DNA from: an uncultured Thermotogae bacterium
GTDB taxonomy: Bacteria > Bipolaricaulota > Bipolaricaulia > UBA7950 > UBA9294
Length of the DNA stretch: 64,000 nt
Direction of reading: 5' to 3'
NCBI GenBank assembly: GCA_964570515.1
Contig: CAZMYM010000004.1
Coordinates: 15,937-79,936, forward strand
Shown here: positions 46,132 to 54,077 of the stretch, in pieces
Layout of the letters: each line of letters begins with the position of its first letter
Numbering within the stretch: the stretch's first letter is position 1
The notes under the pieces: generated by a model
Told to the model about the DNA's origin: nothing
Databases searched by the model: none
Seen by the model: the letters and a program-made list of their open reading frames with translations, nothing else
Position numbers and translations under genes: made by a program

Positions 46132-47616
46132 ACGAACATTCTGCTGATCTACCCCGAAGTACCGCCGACATTCTGGAGTTTCAAACGTGCGCTCGGCTTC
46201 ATCGGTCGAAAGGCCTCGTCGCCCCCCCTCGGTCTGCTCACGGTGGCTGCAATGCTGCCGTCCGACTGGTCACTGAAACTCGTCGACGCGAGTGTTCGGA
46301 AGCTGACCGACAAGCATTTGGCGTGGGCCGACTACGCCTTCGTGAGTGGGATGATCGTGCAGCGGGAATCCGCGCGCGGGATTATCGATCGATGCAGGGG
46401 GGCGGGGCTCAAGGTTGTCGCGGGCGGCCCTCTCTTCACCAGCGAGCACGAGGACTTCGATGGTGTCGACCACTTCGTGCTCAACGAGGCCGAGATCACG
46501 CTGCCGCTGTTCCTCGAGGATCTCAGAGCCGGTCAAGCGAAACCGCTGTACACGTCTCCCGAGTTTGCCGACATCCGACGGAGCCCGACGCCACGCTGGG
46601 AGCTGGCTGAGCTCGATCGCTACGCGTCGATGAGTGTCCAGTATTCGCGCGGATGTCCGTACGACTGCGAGTTCTGCAACGTGACGACGCTGTTCGGACA
46701 CAAGTGGCGCACGAAGACGACCGGCCAAGTGCTCTCGGAGCTTGACGGTCTTCGCGCCGCCGGTTGGCGAGGGGGCGTCTTCTTCGTGGATGACAACCTG
46801 ATTGGGAACAGGAAGGCTCTCAAAGAGGATCTCCTGCCGGCGCTGATCGAGTGGCAGAAGGGGAAGGGCATGCCGCTTCAGACGCAGCTTTCGATTGATC
46901 TAGCGGACGACGAACCCTTGACACACATGATGGTGGAGGCGGGTTTTCGAACCGTCTTCATCGGGATCGAGACGCCCGACGAGGAGAGCCTGGCAGAGTG
47001 CAACAAACGGCAGAACAAAGGACGAAACCTCGTAGAAGACGTCAAGCGGTTGCAGAGAGCCGGCCTGGAGGTGCAGGGCGGCTTCATCGTTGGATTCGAT
47101 CACGATTCGCCGTCGATCTTCCAGCGGCAGATTGAGTTCATCCAGAAGAGCGGAATCGTGACGGCGATGGTTGGCCTGCTCCAGGCTCCTCCCGGGACGA
47201 AGCTCAATGAGCGTCTCAAGAGAGACGGCCGACTGACCGAGAAGAGCTCGGGAGACAACGTCGACGGATCGACGAACATCGTGCCGATCATGGATCTCGC
47301 GGCACTACGAGAGGGATACGAGAGAATCCTGAAGACGATCTACTCCCCGAAGCCTTACTACAAGCGCGTGAGAACCTTCTTGCGTGAGTACAAGGCGCCG
47401 GCGATTCGCGACTCGCTCAGCGTTCGTCATATCCTGGCTTTCTTCCGGTCCGTCCTCCGGCTTGGGATCGTCGGCAGGGAGCGCTTGCAGTACTGGAAGC
47501 TCCTCATCTGGACGATCTTCCGCCGTCCGAAACGCTTCCCGATGGCCGTCACATTCGCGATCTACGGATTCCACTTCAGGAAGACCTGTAAGCAACACGT
47601 TGCCTCCTCGAGCTAG
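46132..47616 (+). CDS. B12-binding-domain radical SAM protein with DUF4070-like C-terminus (paralog 2); canonical start codon position is ACG
   Basis: In-frame [23 protein letters not shown] aligns with [23 protein letters not shown] of paralog 1. AAGAGGA RBS lies 6 nt upstream of ACG 46132. [12 protein letters not shown]. The first canonical start is GTG 46243. Confidence 0.7.
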   Translation, partial: [494 protein letters not shown]

Positions 47617-47909
47617 CGTCCGACGGTCCTTCCGGGGCCGTGCATAGCGCGCAAAGGGAGTTGGCCCTCACGTGCCCGGCGCTGTCAAAGCGTCGTCTGC
47701 AACATGAGGGAGTTCTATCCGCAATTGGATGCCGGAAGCCCCAGGAACCATGGCCGTTCTTCTTGGTGGTCCGCAGCATTGGGGCGCGAGGCTTGGACAA
47801 GAAGGATCCGGTGGGCTGAAGGACGGGAGTTGCGGTAGCAGTTGACAACGGAGTTCAGCACATGGGGCCTTCGGCATCAAGCCCCCAACGTACAAGAGGA
47901 GGATCCATC

Positions 47910-48695
47910 ATGGCAGAGCGCGAAACCGGGAAAGTCAAGTGGTTCAACGACGCCAAAGGGTTCGGCTTCATCGAGCGACCTCAAGGCGGAGACGTGTTCG
48001 TTCACTTCAGTTCTGTTCGCGGGACAGGCTTCAAGACGCTGACTGAGGGGCAGAGCGTGGACTACGTCGTCGTCGAGGGCGAAAAGGGCCCCCAGGCACA
48101 GGACGTGGGCCCCGCTGCGGCCGACATTCCGCAGAGACTGAGAGACCTGGAGGCGGCGAGCGTCGCGACCACAGTGGCCGAGCCTCCGGTGGTCTCTCCG
48201 GCTCTGGCAGAGGAAGTGGGTCCGATCGAGGCCGAAGCAGCAGCTGAATCCGGGGCAGAGGGAGAGGATCTCGTCGAGGCCGAGGCCGCAGCGGGCTCTG
48301 AGGCAGAGGAAGAGAGCTCCACCGAAGCCGAGATTGCGGCTGACGATGAGGTGGATGAGGAGACCGCCGTCGAGCCTCAGGTCGCAGCCGAGTCCGATAC
48401 GGAGGAAGTGAACGCCATCGAGTCCGCAGCTGACGTTGAGACGGAGGAAGAGGATCTCGTCGAGGCCGAGGTTGCGGCTGACGTTGAGGCGGAGGAAGAG
48501 AACTCCACCGAAGCCGAGATTGCGGCTGACGATGAGGTGGATGAGGAGACCGCCGTCGAGCCTCAGGTCGCAGCTGAGTCCGATACGGAGGAAGTGAACG
48601 CCCTCGAGCCCACGGCTGACGTTGAGGCGGAGGAAGAGAGCGCTATCGAGCCCACGGCTGACGTTGAGGCGGACGAACCAGCGCTCATTCAATAG
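47910..48695 (+). CDS. Cold-shock domain protein fused to an approximately 190-aa hyper-acidic repeat tail
   Basis: [25 protein letters not shown] (RNP1) and DVFVHFS (RNP2). Then an E/D/A-rich tail with two full 62-aa repeats. Confidence 0.8.
   Translation: MAERETGKVKWFNDAKGFGFIERPQGGDVFVHFSSVRGTGFKTLTEGQSVDYVVVEGEKGPQAQDVGPAAADIPQRLRDLEAASVATTVAEPPVVSPALAEEVGPIEAEAAAESGAEGEDLVEAEAAAGSEAEEESSTEAEIAADDEVDEETAVEPQVAAESDTEEVNAIESAADVETEEEDLVEAEVAADVEAEEENSTEAEIAADDEVDEETAVEPQVAAESDTEEVNALEPTADVEAEEESAIEPTADVEADEPALIQ
48264..48690 (+). repeat. 186-bp tandem repeat (2.3 copies) encoding the acidic tail
   Basis: gaggatctcgtcgaggccgag recurs at 48264 and 48450, with stretches longer than 100 bp nearly identical. 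Confidence 0.8.
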
Positions 48696-48722
48696 CGAGG
48701 GTCGAGTCGGGATGGAAGCCAG

Positions 48723-48758
48723 CGGTGCAGGCGCAGTGCCTGCACCGCGTTTCTTTTG
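48723..48758 (+). terminator. Rho-independent terminator after the csp-fusion gene
   Basis: cggtgcaggc-gcagt-gcctgcaccg stem-loop followed by cgtttcttttg. Confidence 0.6.
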
Positions 48759-49065
48759 GTTCTGACCGGCACGGGAGAGTCGAAGCTCTCCGGTGATTGC
48801 AGTTTGCGAGTCGGATGAGGGCGGTGAGCGGACATGGAAGCTCTTCGTGCGTGATCGTGTGACTGCAGCTTGGCGCTTGGGGGGACTGAGTGCGAGCCAC
48901 GGCCGTCGGCTGTGTCGAGGTGATCGATGGCCGGCTCCCGCCACAGCCTCCCACGCGCAGGAGCTTGGATTCGCTCGAAGACCGATGTAGGCTCGATGCT
49001 GTTGATGGGAAGACCTGCCCAAACTACGCATACGGCGGAGGGCCGGATGAGTGAAGGGGGGCGCG

Positions 49066-49635
49066 ATGAAGAGAATCACCCCAGTACTTGCTGCCTTGGC
49101 GCTCGTGCTCGTGGCCTTCATGCTGGTCTCATGCGGAAGCAACGAACTGCTCAAGTCTGAATCTTCCGCCGGCCTGAACGGAGGATTCGAACTCACGGAC
49201 GGAGGGTACCCGATCAACTGGGCCTTTGGCCCGAACCCGGAGGCGATGGAATCCTACCGGGTGTCCGTTGATACGACGCGTTCCGTGGAAGGGAGCAACT
49301 CACTTCAAGTTGCGAGCACGCGGGGCGACCAAACCAAGGCCTTCCGCAGTCGACGCGTTCCCGTCGAATCGGGTAGGGACTACAGGATTGCCTTCTCCGT
49401 CATGAACGAAGGGTGTTCACTGAGGGTGAACCGGACCATGACGAACGCATGGGGGACGACGCACATGCGTTCAGAGATCATTGCCGAGAGCTCGGACGCT
49501 ACGGGCGAGTGGGCGCAGTTCGAAGAGATCCTCACGGTGGCGGAAGGCGAGGCCTACGTCTTCCTCACCTTCCTAGTGGATGGGGTCGGCATACTACGGC
49601 GCGACGACGTGAGAGTTGCTTGTCTTGCTCGATGA
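49066..49635 (+). CDS. Lipoprotein with CBM4/9-like (galactose-binding-like) beta-sandwich
   Basis: Lipobox AFMLVSCGS. GGFELTDGGYPINW is typical of CBM_4_9-type modules. Confidence 0.55.
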   Translation: MKRITPVLAALALVLVAFMLVSCGSNELLKSESSAGLNGGFELTDGGYPINWAFGPNPEAMESYRVSVDTTRSVEGSNSLQVASTRGDQTKAFRSRRVPVESGRDYRIAFSVMNEGCSLRVNRTMTNAWGTTHMRSEIIAESSDATGEWAQFEEILTVAEGEAYVFLTFLVDGVGILRRDDVRVACLAR

Positions 49636-49810
49636 GTACGACATGGTGATTGTCACGACGGCAGATCCGTTCTACGTGATTCACACGGGCGAAGCATGGA
49701 AGAGCGAGAAGGCGTGCTTCGATCTGGTCGGCCGATTCGTCGAATCTCTACCGTAGGAACCAAGATCAGGCCAGCGCGAGGATTCGGATGTGATGGCACA
49801 AGGAGATGCG

Positions 49811-50293
49811 ATGTATACCCCAGGAGCCTTGCTCGACCTCCACGAACGCGGCCACCGCAACTTGGCGGCTTTGCTGGCACACTGCCGCGAACTCACGGCA
49901 GATGAAGTCGACCAGGAGATGCCCGGCTTCGGCTATCCGACAGTCCGGCTTCAACTGCACCATGCCATTGGCGCCGAGAAGTACTGGATGGGCGTCCTCC
50001 AGGGACGCATGGACGCCGACGATGATTCGCCCGATTACCCAACGATCGAATCGCTGGAGCGATACCGTGAGCAGGTCTCCGCGGCCACCGAGGCCTACTT
50101 GCGTGCGGCCTCGGAGGAGGAACTGGACACCGCCCGCCCGATGATTACCTGGGGGAACAAAGAGCGAGTGCTGATCCCGGCTCACGTGTTCGCGCGCACG
50201 CTTGTGCACATCTACCACCACATGGGGCAAGTCGCCGCCATGTGCAGGCTACTGGGGAAGCCGACCCAAGGCCTGGACTTCCCGATCACCTGA
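49811..50293 (+). CDS. DinB-family (DinB_2) four-helix-bundle protein
   Basis: AAGGAG RBS. HxxxxExxW-type helices (LQLHHAIGAEKYWM; HIYHHMGQVAAM). Confidence 0.7.
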   Translation: MYTPGALLDLHERGHRNLAALLAHCRELTADEVDQEMPGFGYPTVRLQLHHAIGAEKYWMGVLQGRMDADDDSPDYPTIESLERYREQVSAATEAYLRAASEEELDTARPMITWGNKERVLIPAHVFARTLVHIYHHMGQVAAMCRLLGKPTQGLDFPIT

Positions 50294-50551
50294 AGCGTCA
50301 CGCAGTGTGTTCGGAGTGAATCGTGCGTTGCTGTCAAGAGAAGGACTCCTGCTGAGATCCTCTCTGGGTGTGGCACGCGCCGCGCAGTGAGCGCCCGGAC
50401 TTCCGAAACAGCACGATCACCTCACGGGCCTCACGCCTCCGGGCGCGGGGCTCTTGCTTCGCGGGAATCTAGTGATGCAGACCCTGTCCGCCGACGTGTG
50501 GACGCTCGAAATGGGGTATGCGTTCCGCGATTCGGGTATGCGTCCCCCAAT

Positions 50552-50777
50552 TCAGGCTTCGGGGATGGATAGACCGCGGCAGATCTTCCTGGCAAGGAGG
50601 TTCGGAATCTCCGTGTGTCGCGGCACTGCCTCGACTTGACCAGTTGAGGGGTTTAGCCAAAGCGAGTGAGAAGAACCCTCACGCTTGAGAGTGCAACCGT
50701 GACGCCGGAGCCTAGCAGGCGAACGTCAGTTCGCCGTCGGGCATGCCGAGCTTCACGCTCGGCATCGGCCGCTTCAT
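50552..50777 (-). pseudogene. hicA: hicA-like mRNA-interferase toxin gene with a 1-nt frameshift
   Basis: ATGA overlap with the hicB stop. Frame 1 gives MKRPMPSVKLGMPDGELTFAC-stop. The +1 frame continues ARLRRHGCTLKREGSSHSLWLNPSTGQVEAVPRHTEIPNLLARKICRGLSIPEA. The span of 226 nt is not a multiple of 3. Confidence 0.6.
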
Positions 50778-50989
50778 CCAACCTTGACGATGGCGCGAAC
50801 CGCATCTTCAGGCACGCCTCGAAGGCCCTCCTCACGACGATCTTCGAGGATCAGCTCGATGGCCTCAGAGAGGTTCTTCAGACACTCCGCTTCGCTCTTC
50901 CCTTGTCCGTTGGCTCCAGGGATCTCTGGGCAGTAACCGATGTACCACTCGCCGTCGCGCTCGATCACGGCCGTGAACTCATTTGTCAT
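50774..50989 (-). CDS. hicB: HicB-family (UPF0150) antitoxin, short form
   Basis: FTAVIERDGEWYIGYCPEIPGANGQGKSEAECLKNLSEAIELILE. GGAGGA RBS. Confidence 0.8.
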   Translation of the reverse strand: MTNEFTAVIERDGEWYIGYCPEIPGANGQGKSEAECLKNLSEAIELILEDRREEGLRGVPEDAVRAIVKVG

Positions 50990-51120
50990 CGTAGATCCTC
51001 CAATCCATCAGCGTACTCCGACGCTCGACGGCGGTCAATGCCCGGTCTTCTTGATGCGCAGCTTTCGGACGACGAAGGAGTGCATGCTTCCCAGATCCCT
51101 TCACCCAACAACAGCAGAAA

Positions 51121-51167
51121 AGAAGACCTGACCCAGAGTGCGCCGGGGTCAAGTCTTGTTTCTTGAC
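51121..51167. repeat. Inverted pair of the dispersed repeat (agaagacctgaccc ... ggggtcaagtcttgtttcttgac)
   Basis: Read directly. The right copy itself contains the GTCAAG-N8-CTTGAC hairpin. Confidence 0.5.
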
Positions 51168-51266
51168 TTCCCTGCACCGCTGGACTGCGTGAGGGTCTCT
51201 CGACAGATCGCCGTAGCTCTTCAGCGCAAGTCAAGACAATGCGTGCGTTGTCTTCTGGACCCGGAT

Positions 51267-51289
51267 GTCAAAGAACAAGACTTGACCCC
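51267..51289 (-). repeat. Dispersed repeat copy (reverse complement ggggtcaagtcttgttctttgac)
   Basis: Read directly. Confidence 0.5.
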
Positions 51290-51454
51290 GCTGCCGCCTT
51301 GTTCTTCCTCGGCGAAGGGATCTTGTGGGTCGACACGTCGTTCGTGGGCGAGCTGAGGCCGGAGCATCTGAGATGAGGGAACAGGGGACGCAGTGGTCAT
51401 TGTGCGGATCGTGCCGCCGGGAGTTCCGTATTGTGTCACCAGAACTACCGACAG

Positions 51455-51886
51455 CTACGGTCGCTGAAGCCAGCCGGGGCAAGCGTCGGGAATGCTGTCC
51501 GACGCCGGGATGTACGGCTTGATGTCGAGCAGCGGCGTGCCGTCGAGCATGTCGACACCGTTCACATGGAGAACACCTCTCTCGATTCGGTCGAGCTTCA
51601 CGATGGAGAGCCCGATCGGATTCGGCCGATGAGGGGACCGCGAGGCGAACAAGCCACGTGTCTGCGTCTGCTTGGGCGGGACGACCTTGAGATGGAACCC
51701 TTCGCTTCGATTGAAGTGCCAGATCAGAATGACGTGTGAGAAGCCGTCGAGATCCTTCAGCCCGGCGCGGTACGCCTGGAACACCTCAACCGTCCCCTTG
51801 ATCCCGGCTGCTTGAGATGTGGATCTCGGCATGCGTTCCGTGGCGGCAAACGGCGTGTGGATCACTCCGATCGGCTGTATCTCCAT
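51455..51886 (-). CDS. trmO: tRNA (t6A37-N6)-methyltransferase TrmO/TsaA family
   Basis: MEIQPIGVIHTPF..., SHVILIWHF, RSPHRPNPIGLSIVKL, VDMLDGTPLLDIKPY. Confidence 0.8.
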   Translation of the reverse strand: MEIQPIGVIHTPFAATERMPRSTSQAAGIKGTVEVFQAYRAGLKDLDGFSHVILIWHFNRSEGFHLKVVPPKQTQTRGLFASRSPHRPNPIGLSIVKLDRIERGVLHVNGVDMLDGTPLLDIKPYIPASDSIPDACPGWLQRP

Positions 51887-52136
51887 GTTGAACGGCCCTT
51901 TCGGCGTCGATTCCGCATTGCGATGGATCACCCATCTTACTCGGGAAGCACGGCCAAGCCGATCCGTCGTGCGGTTCTCATTTCGCTGTGTCTGAGGATG
52001 TGCGGCTCTCGCGGTGCAGCGAGTTTGATCGTCAGAGAACGAGTCAAGCTGCGGCGCACTACCAGGAACAGCAAGAATAGAGACCTGAACATCCCTCTTG
52101 ACAAACACTGCGTTTTCGGAGGTTTCCCCCGAGTCC

Positions 52137-54077
52137 CTATCCAGTGTGCAGAATCGCGTTGTATGCCATCAAGGCGGCGTCAGCCCTTGCGCATGAAACC
52201 CACAGCTCAGGAATCACGCTGCAGAGATATCGCAAGTGCGAGTGGAACCCAATGCCAGCTTCGCGCTCCAAGTCACCCAGCGCCAATTCCGTCAGCCATT
52301 CACCTGCGAAATCTCGCCACTCCTCCATTCCGGCGCGGCTGGCAGAGGCAACGAGACATATCCGCACAGCCTCTTCTGTGGACAGCGAGTATTGAGCGTC
52401 TCGCATGTATCTCCGAACGAGAACTCGCAACTCGTTTGCGAGAGTGTGGCTCCTACCAACGACAGCAACCGTGGCCAATCCGCTCAATATGGTCAGAAGC
52501 TGCGTCCTGTCTTCCACGTTTGCGAGCCGATAGCTGCCGAGCTTCAAGGCCCTTGCCGCCAAGTCTGCGTGGTCCGCACCAACGCGGAAGATCAAAGCGG
52601 AATTCACAAGAGCAATGAAAGACGATGGTCCCACCACCTCAGCACTGAGTTGCGTCTCAATCGCCTCGACGATCGCGGCAGGCAGCATGTTCCGTGAGTT
52701 CTCGGTGCCTTCCAGTGGTCCGGGCATGTAGAGAGTGAAGGAATCATTGAGCGACTGGATCACCCCCGACTCAGCCCCAAGAATGATGTCATATAGGCGT
52801 TCTCCCCTGATGTTCTGCTCGTCGTTGACTGCCGCGATCATGATTCGGCCAAGGAATCCCGCCCTCATTTGCGAAGGCGTCGCAAGGCCAGGCCTCCAGT
52901 GTGGTTCCAGACGCAGATCAGCGACCGATTGCAGGTAGAACTGTTCCCCGCGGTTCCTGAACGCCCAGTCATGAAACGCATCGACATCAATAGCTGAGTT
53001 CACAAGCTGGCGGTGTATCAATGCAGCCTGTGACAAGGCTGTGAGTCTTCTGAAGAAGGGAGGCTCTGCTGGCATCAGCCGGGCTCTTGACAACTCCCCA
53101 TCTACGAGCATGAACAACGCCGAGAGAAGCTTGAAATCGCTTGCCTGGCCGTCAACGTCATCGTCGCGAATTCGCTCAATCAGCCGGACTAGAGCCGATT
53201 CAATCTCAGGTATCGACGGCAGAATGCGCAAACCAACTTCAATTGCTCCGATCTGGGAGATCCTATCTCCTTGCTTGTCCAAGAAGACGAAAGCGCGAGC
53301 AATGTCCTCTCGAGGCAACCGGTCCACATCAATCTCAGCTGTCATCGAAGGATGCGATGCCAGATAGAGGAAACACAAGAGCCCATCATACGGTCGCCAT
53401 GCGAGCAGCCGATCCAGGAACTCTCTGCCGCCACGGGCTGCATACTCATGAATGGAGGAACTCCCGTCATATGCGCCCACAAGCCTTTCGTAGTAACGGC
53501 GTGACAGGGGCACCAGAGAATGGATACTGCTTTGTCCGTCTAGCATCTCACGGCGTATGGATCTTGCTCTTTCGATCGGTGTGTCGCGCAGGTCATTGTG
53601 AAACGCATCGACCTCGTCATCGTCGAGAGGGCGTTCTGCAAGAACATCGCGCCAGGCAGCTCGATCACCGCTTGGCAGATTGACGTCAGAAGCAGACTCA
53701 TCAAGTGAACGCAGACGCGCGTCGGTATCCGGGGAAAGCACGGCGTAGCCTGGCAGGTTGAGTCGCTGCTCGCCACGTGAGAGCCTGATAGCAGGCAGCT
53801 GTCCGCCCTCGCTGACGTCCTCGACCTTCCACTTCTCGTCGTTCGTGTCAGTCACTTCCTTGACCAATGCACCTGCAAGAATCTCGCGAATGGCTTTGAA
53901 GAGCTCGAAACGCGGAATGGAGATACCAGATTCGCCGAAGTGAAGGATGGCCTCCGCCTCAATACCGTACTCATCCCGGAAATCCGGCTCCTCAAGCAAG
54001 GCGTTGCGTATCATTGGAGGCACGAGTCCCAGAGCCGCGTATGCTAGTGCTGATCTGACATCCGGACTATTGGTCAC
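52137..54077 (-). CDS. 646-aa all-helical protein, no recognisable domain (island gene 3)
   Basis: GTG start overlaps the upstream stop (GTGA at 54074-54077) with GGAGAG 5 nt upstream. AT-richer codon usage than the flanks. Confidence 0.7.
   Translation of the reverse strand: MTNSPDVRSALAYAALGLVPPMIRNALLEEPDFRDEYGIEAEAILHFGESGISIPRFELFKAIREILAGALVKEVTDTNDEKWKVEDVSEGGQLPAIRLSRGEQRLNLPGYAVLSPDTDARLRSLDESASDVNLPSGDRAAWRDVLAERPLDDDEVDAFHNDLRDTPIERARSIRREMLDGQSSIHSLVPLSRRYYERLVGAYDGSSSIHEYAARGGREFLDRLLAWRPYDGLLCFLYLASHPSMTAEIDVDRLPREDIARAFVFLDKQGDRISQIGAIEVGLRILPSIPEIESALVRLIERIRDDDVDGQASDFKLLSALFMLVDGELSRARLMPAEPPFFRRLTALSQAALIHRQLVNSAIDVDAFHDWAFRNRGEQFYLQSVADLRLEPHWRPGLATPSQMRAGFLGRIMIAAVNDEQNIRGERLYDIILGAESGVIQSLNDSFTLYMPGPLEGTENSRNMLPAAIVEAIETQLSAEVVGPSSFIALVNSALIFRVGADHADLAARALKLGSYRLANVEDRTQLLTILSGLATVAVVGRSHTLANELRVLVRRYMRDAQYSLSTEEAVRICLVASASRAGMEEWRDFAGEWLTELALGDLEREAGIGFHSHLRYLCSVIPELWVSCARADAALMAYNAILHTG

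Noticed and set aside
47617-47909. Long 5' leader of the csp-fusion gene, considered as a cspA-type RNA thermosensor
   Set aside because: I could not identify a cold-box or a defined alternative-structure pair by inspection; this is only a generic expectation from E. coli cspA.
50990-51130. Second hicA-like remnant upstream of hicB (frame giving ..WVKGSGKHALLRRP..)
   Set aside because: The similarity is limited to one short GSH-like patch, the rest does not fit HicA, and the region overlaps a dispersed-repeat copy.
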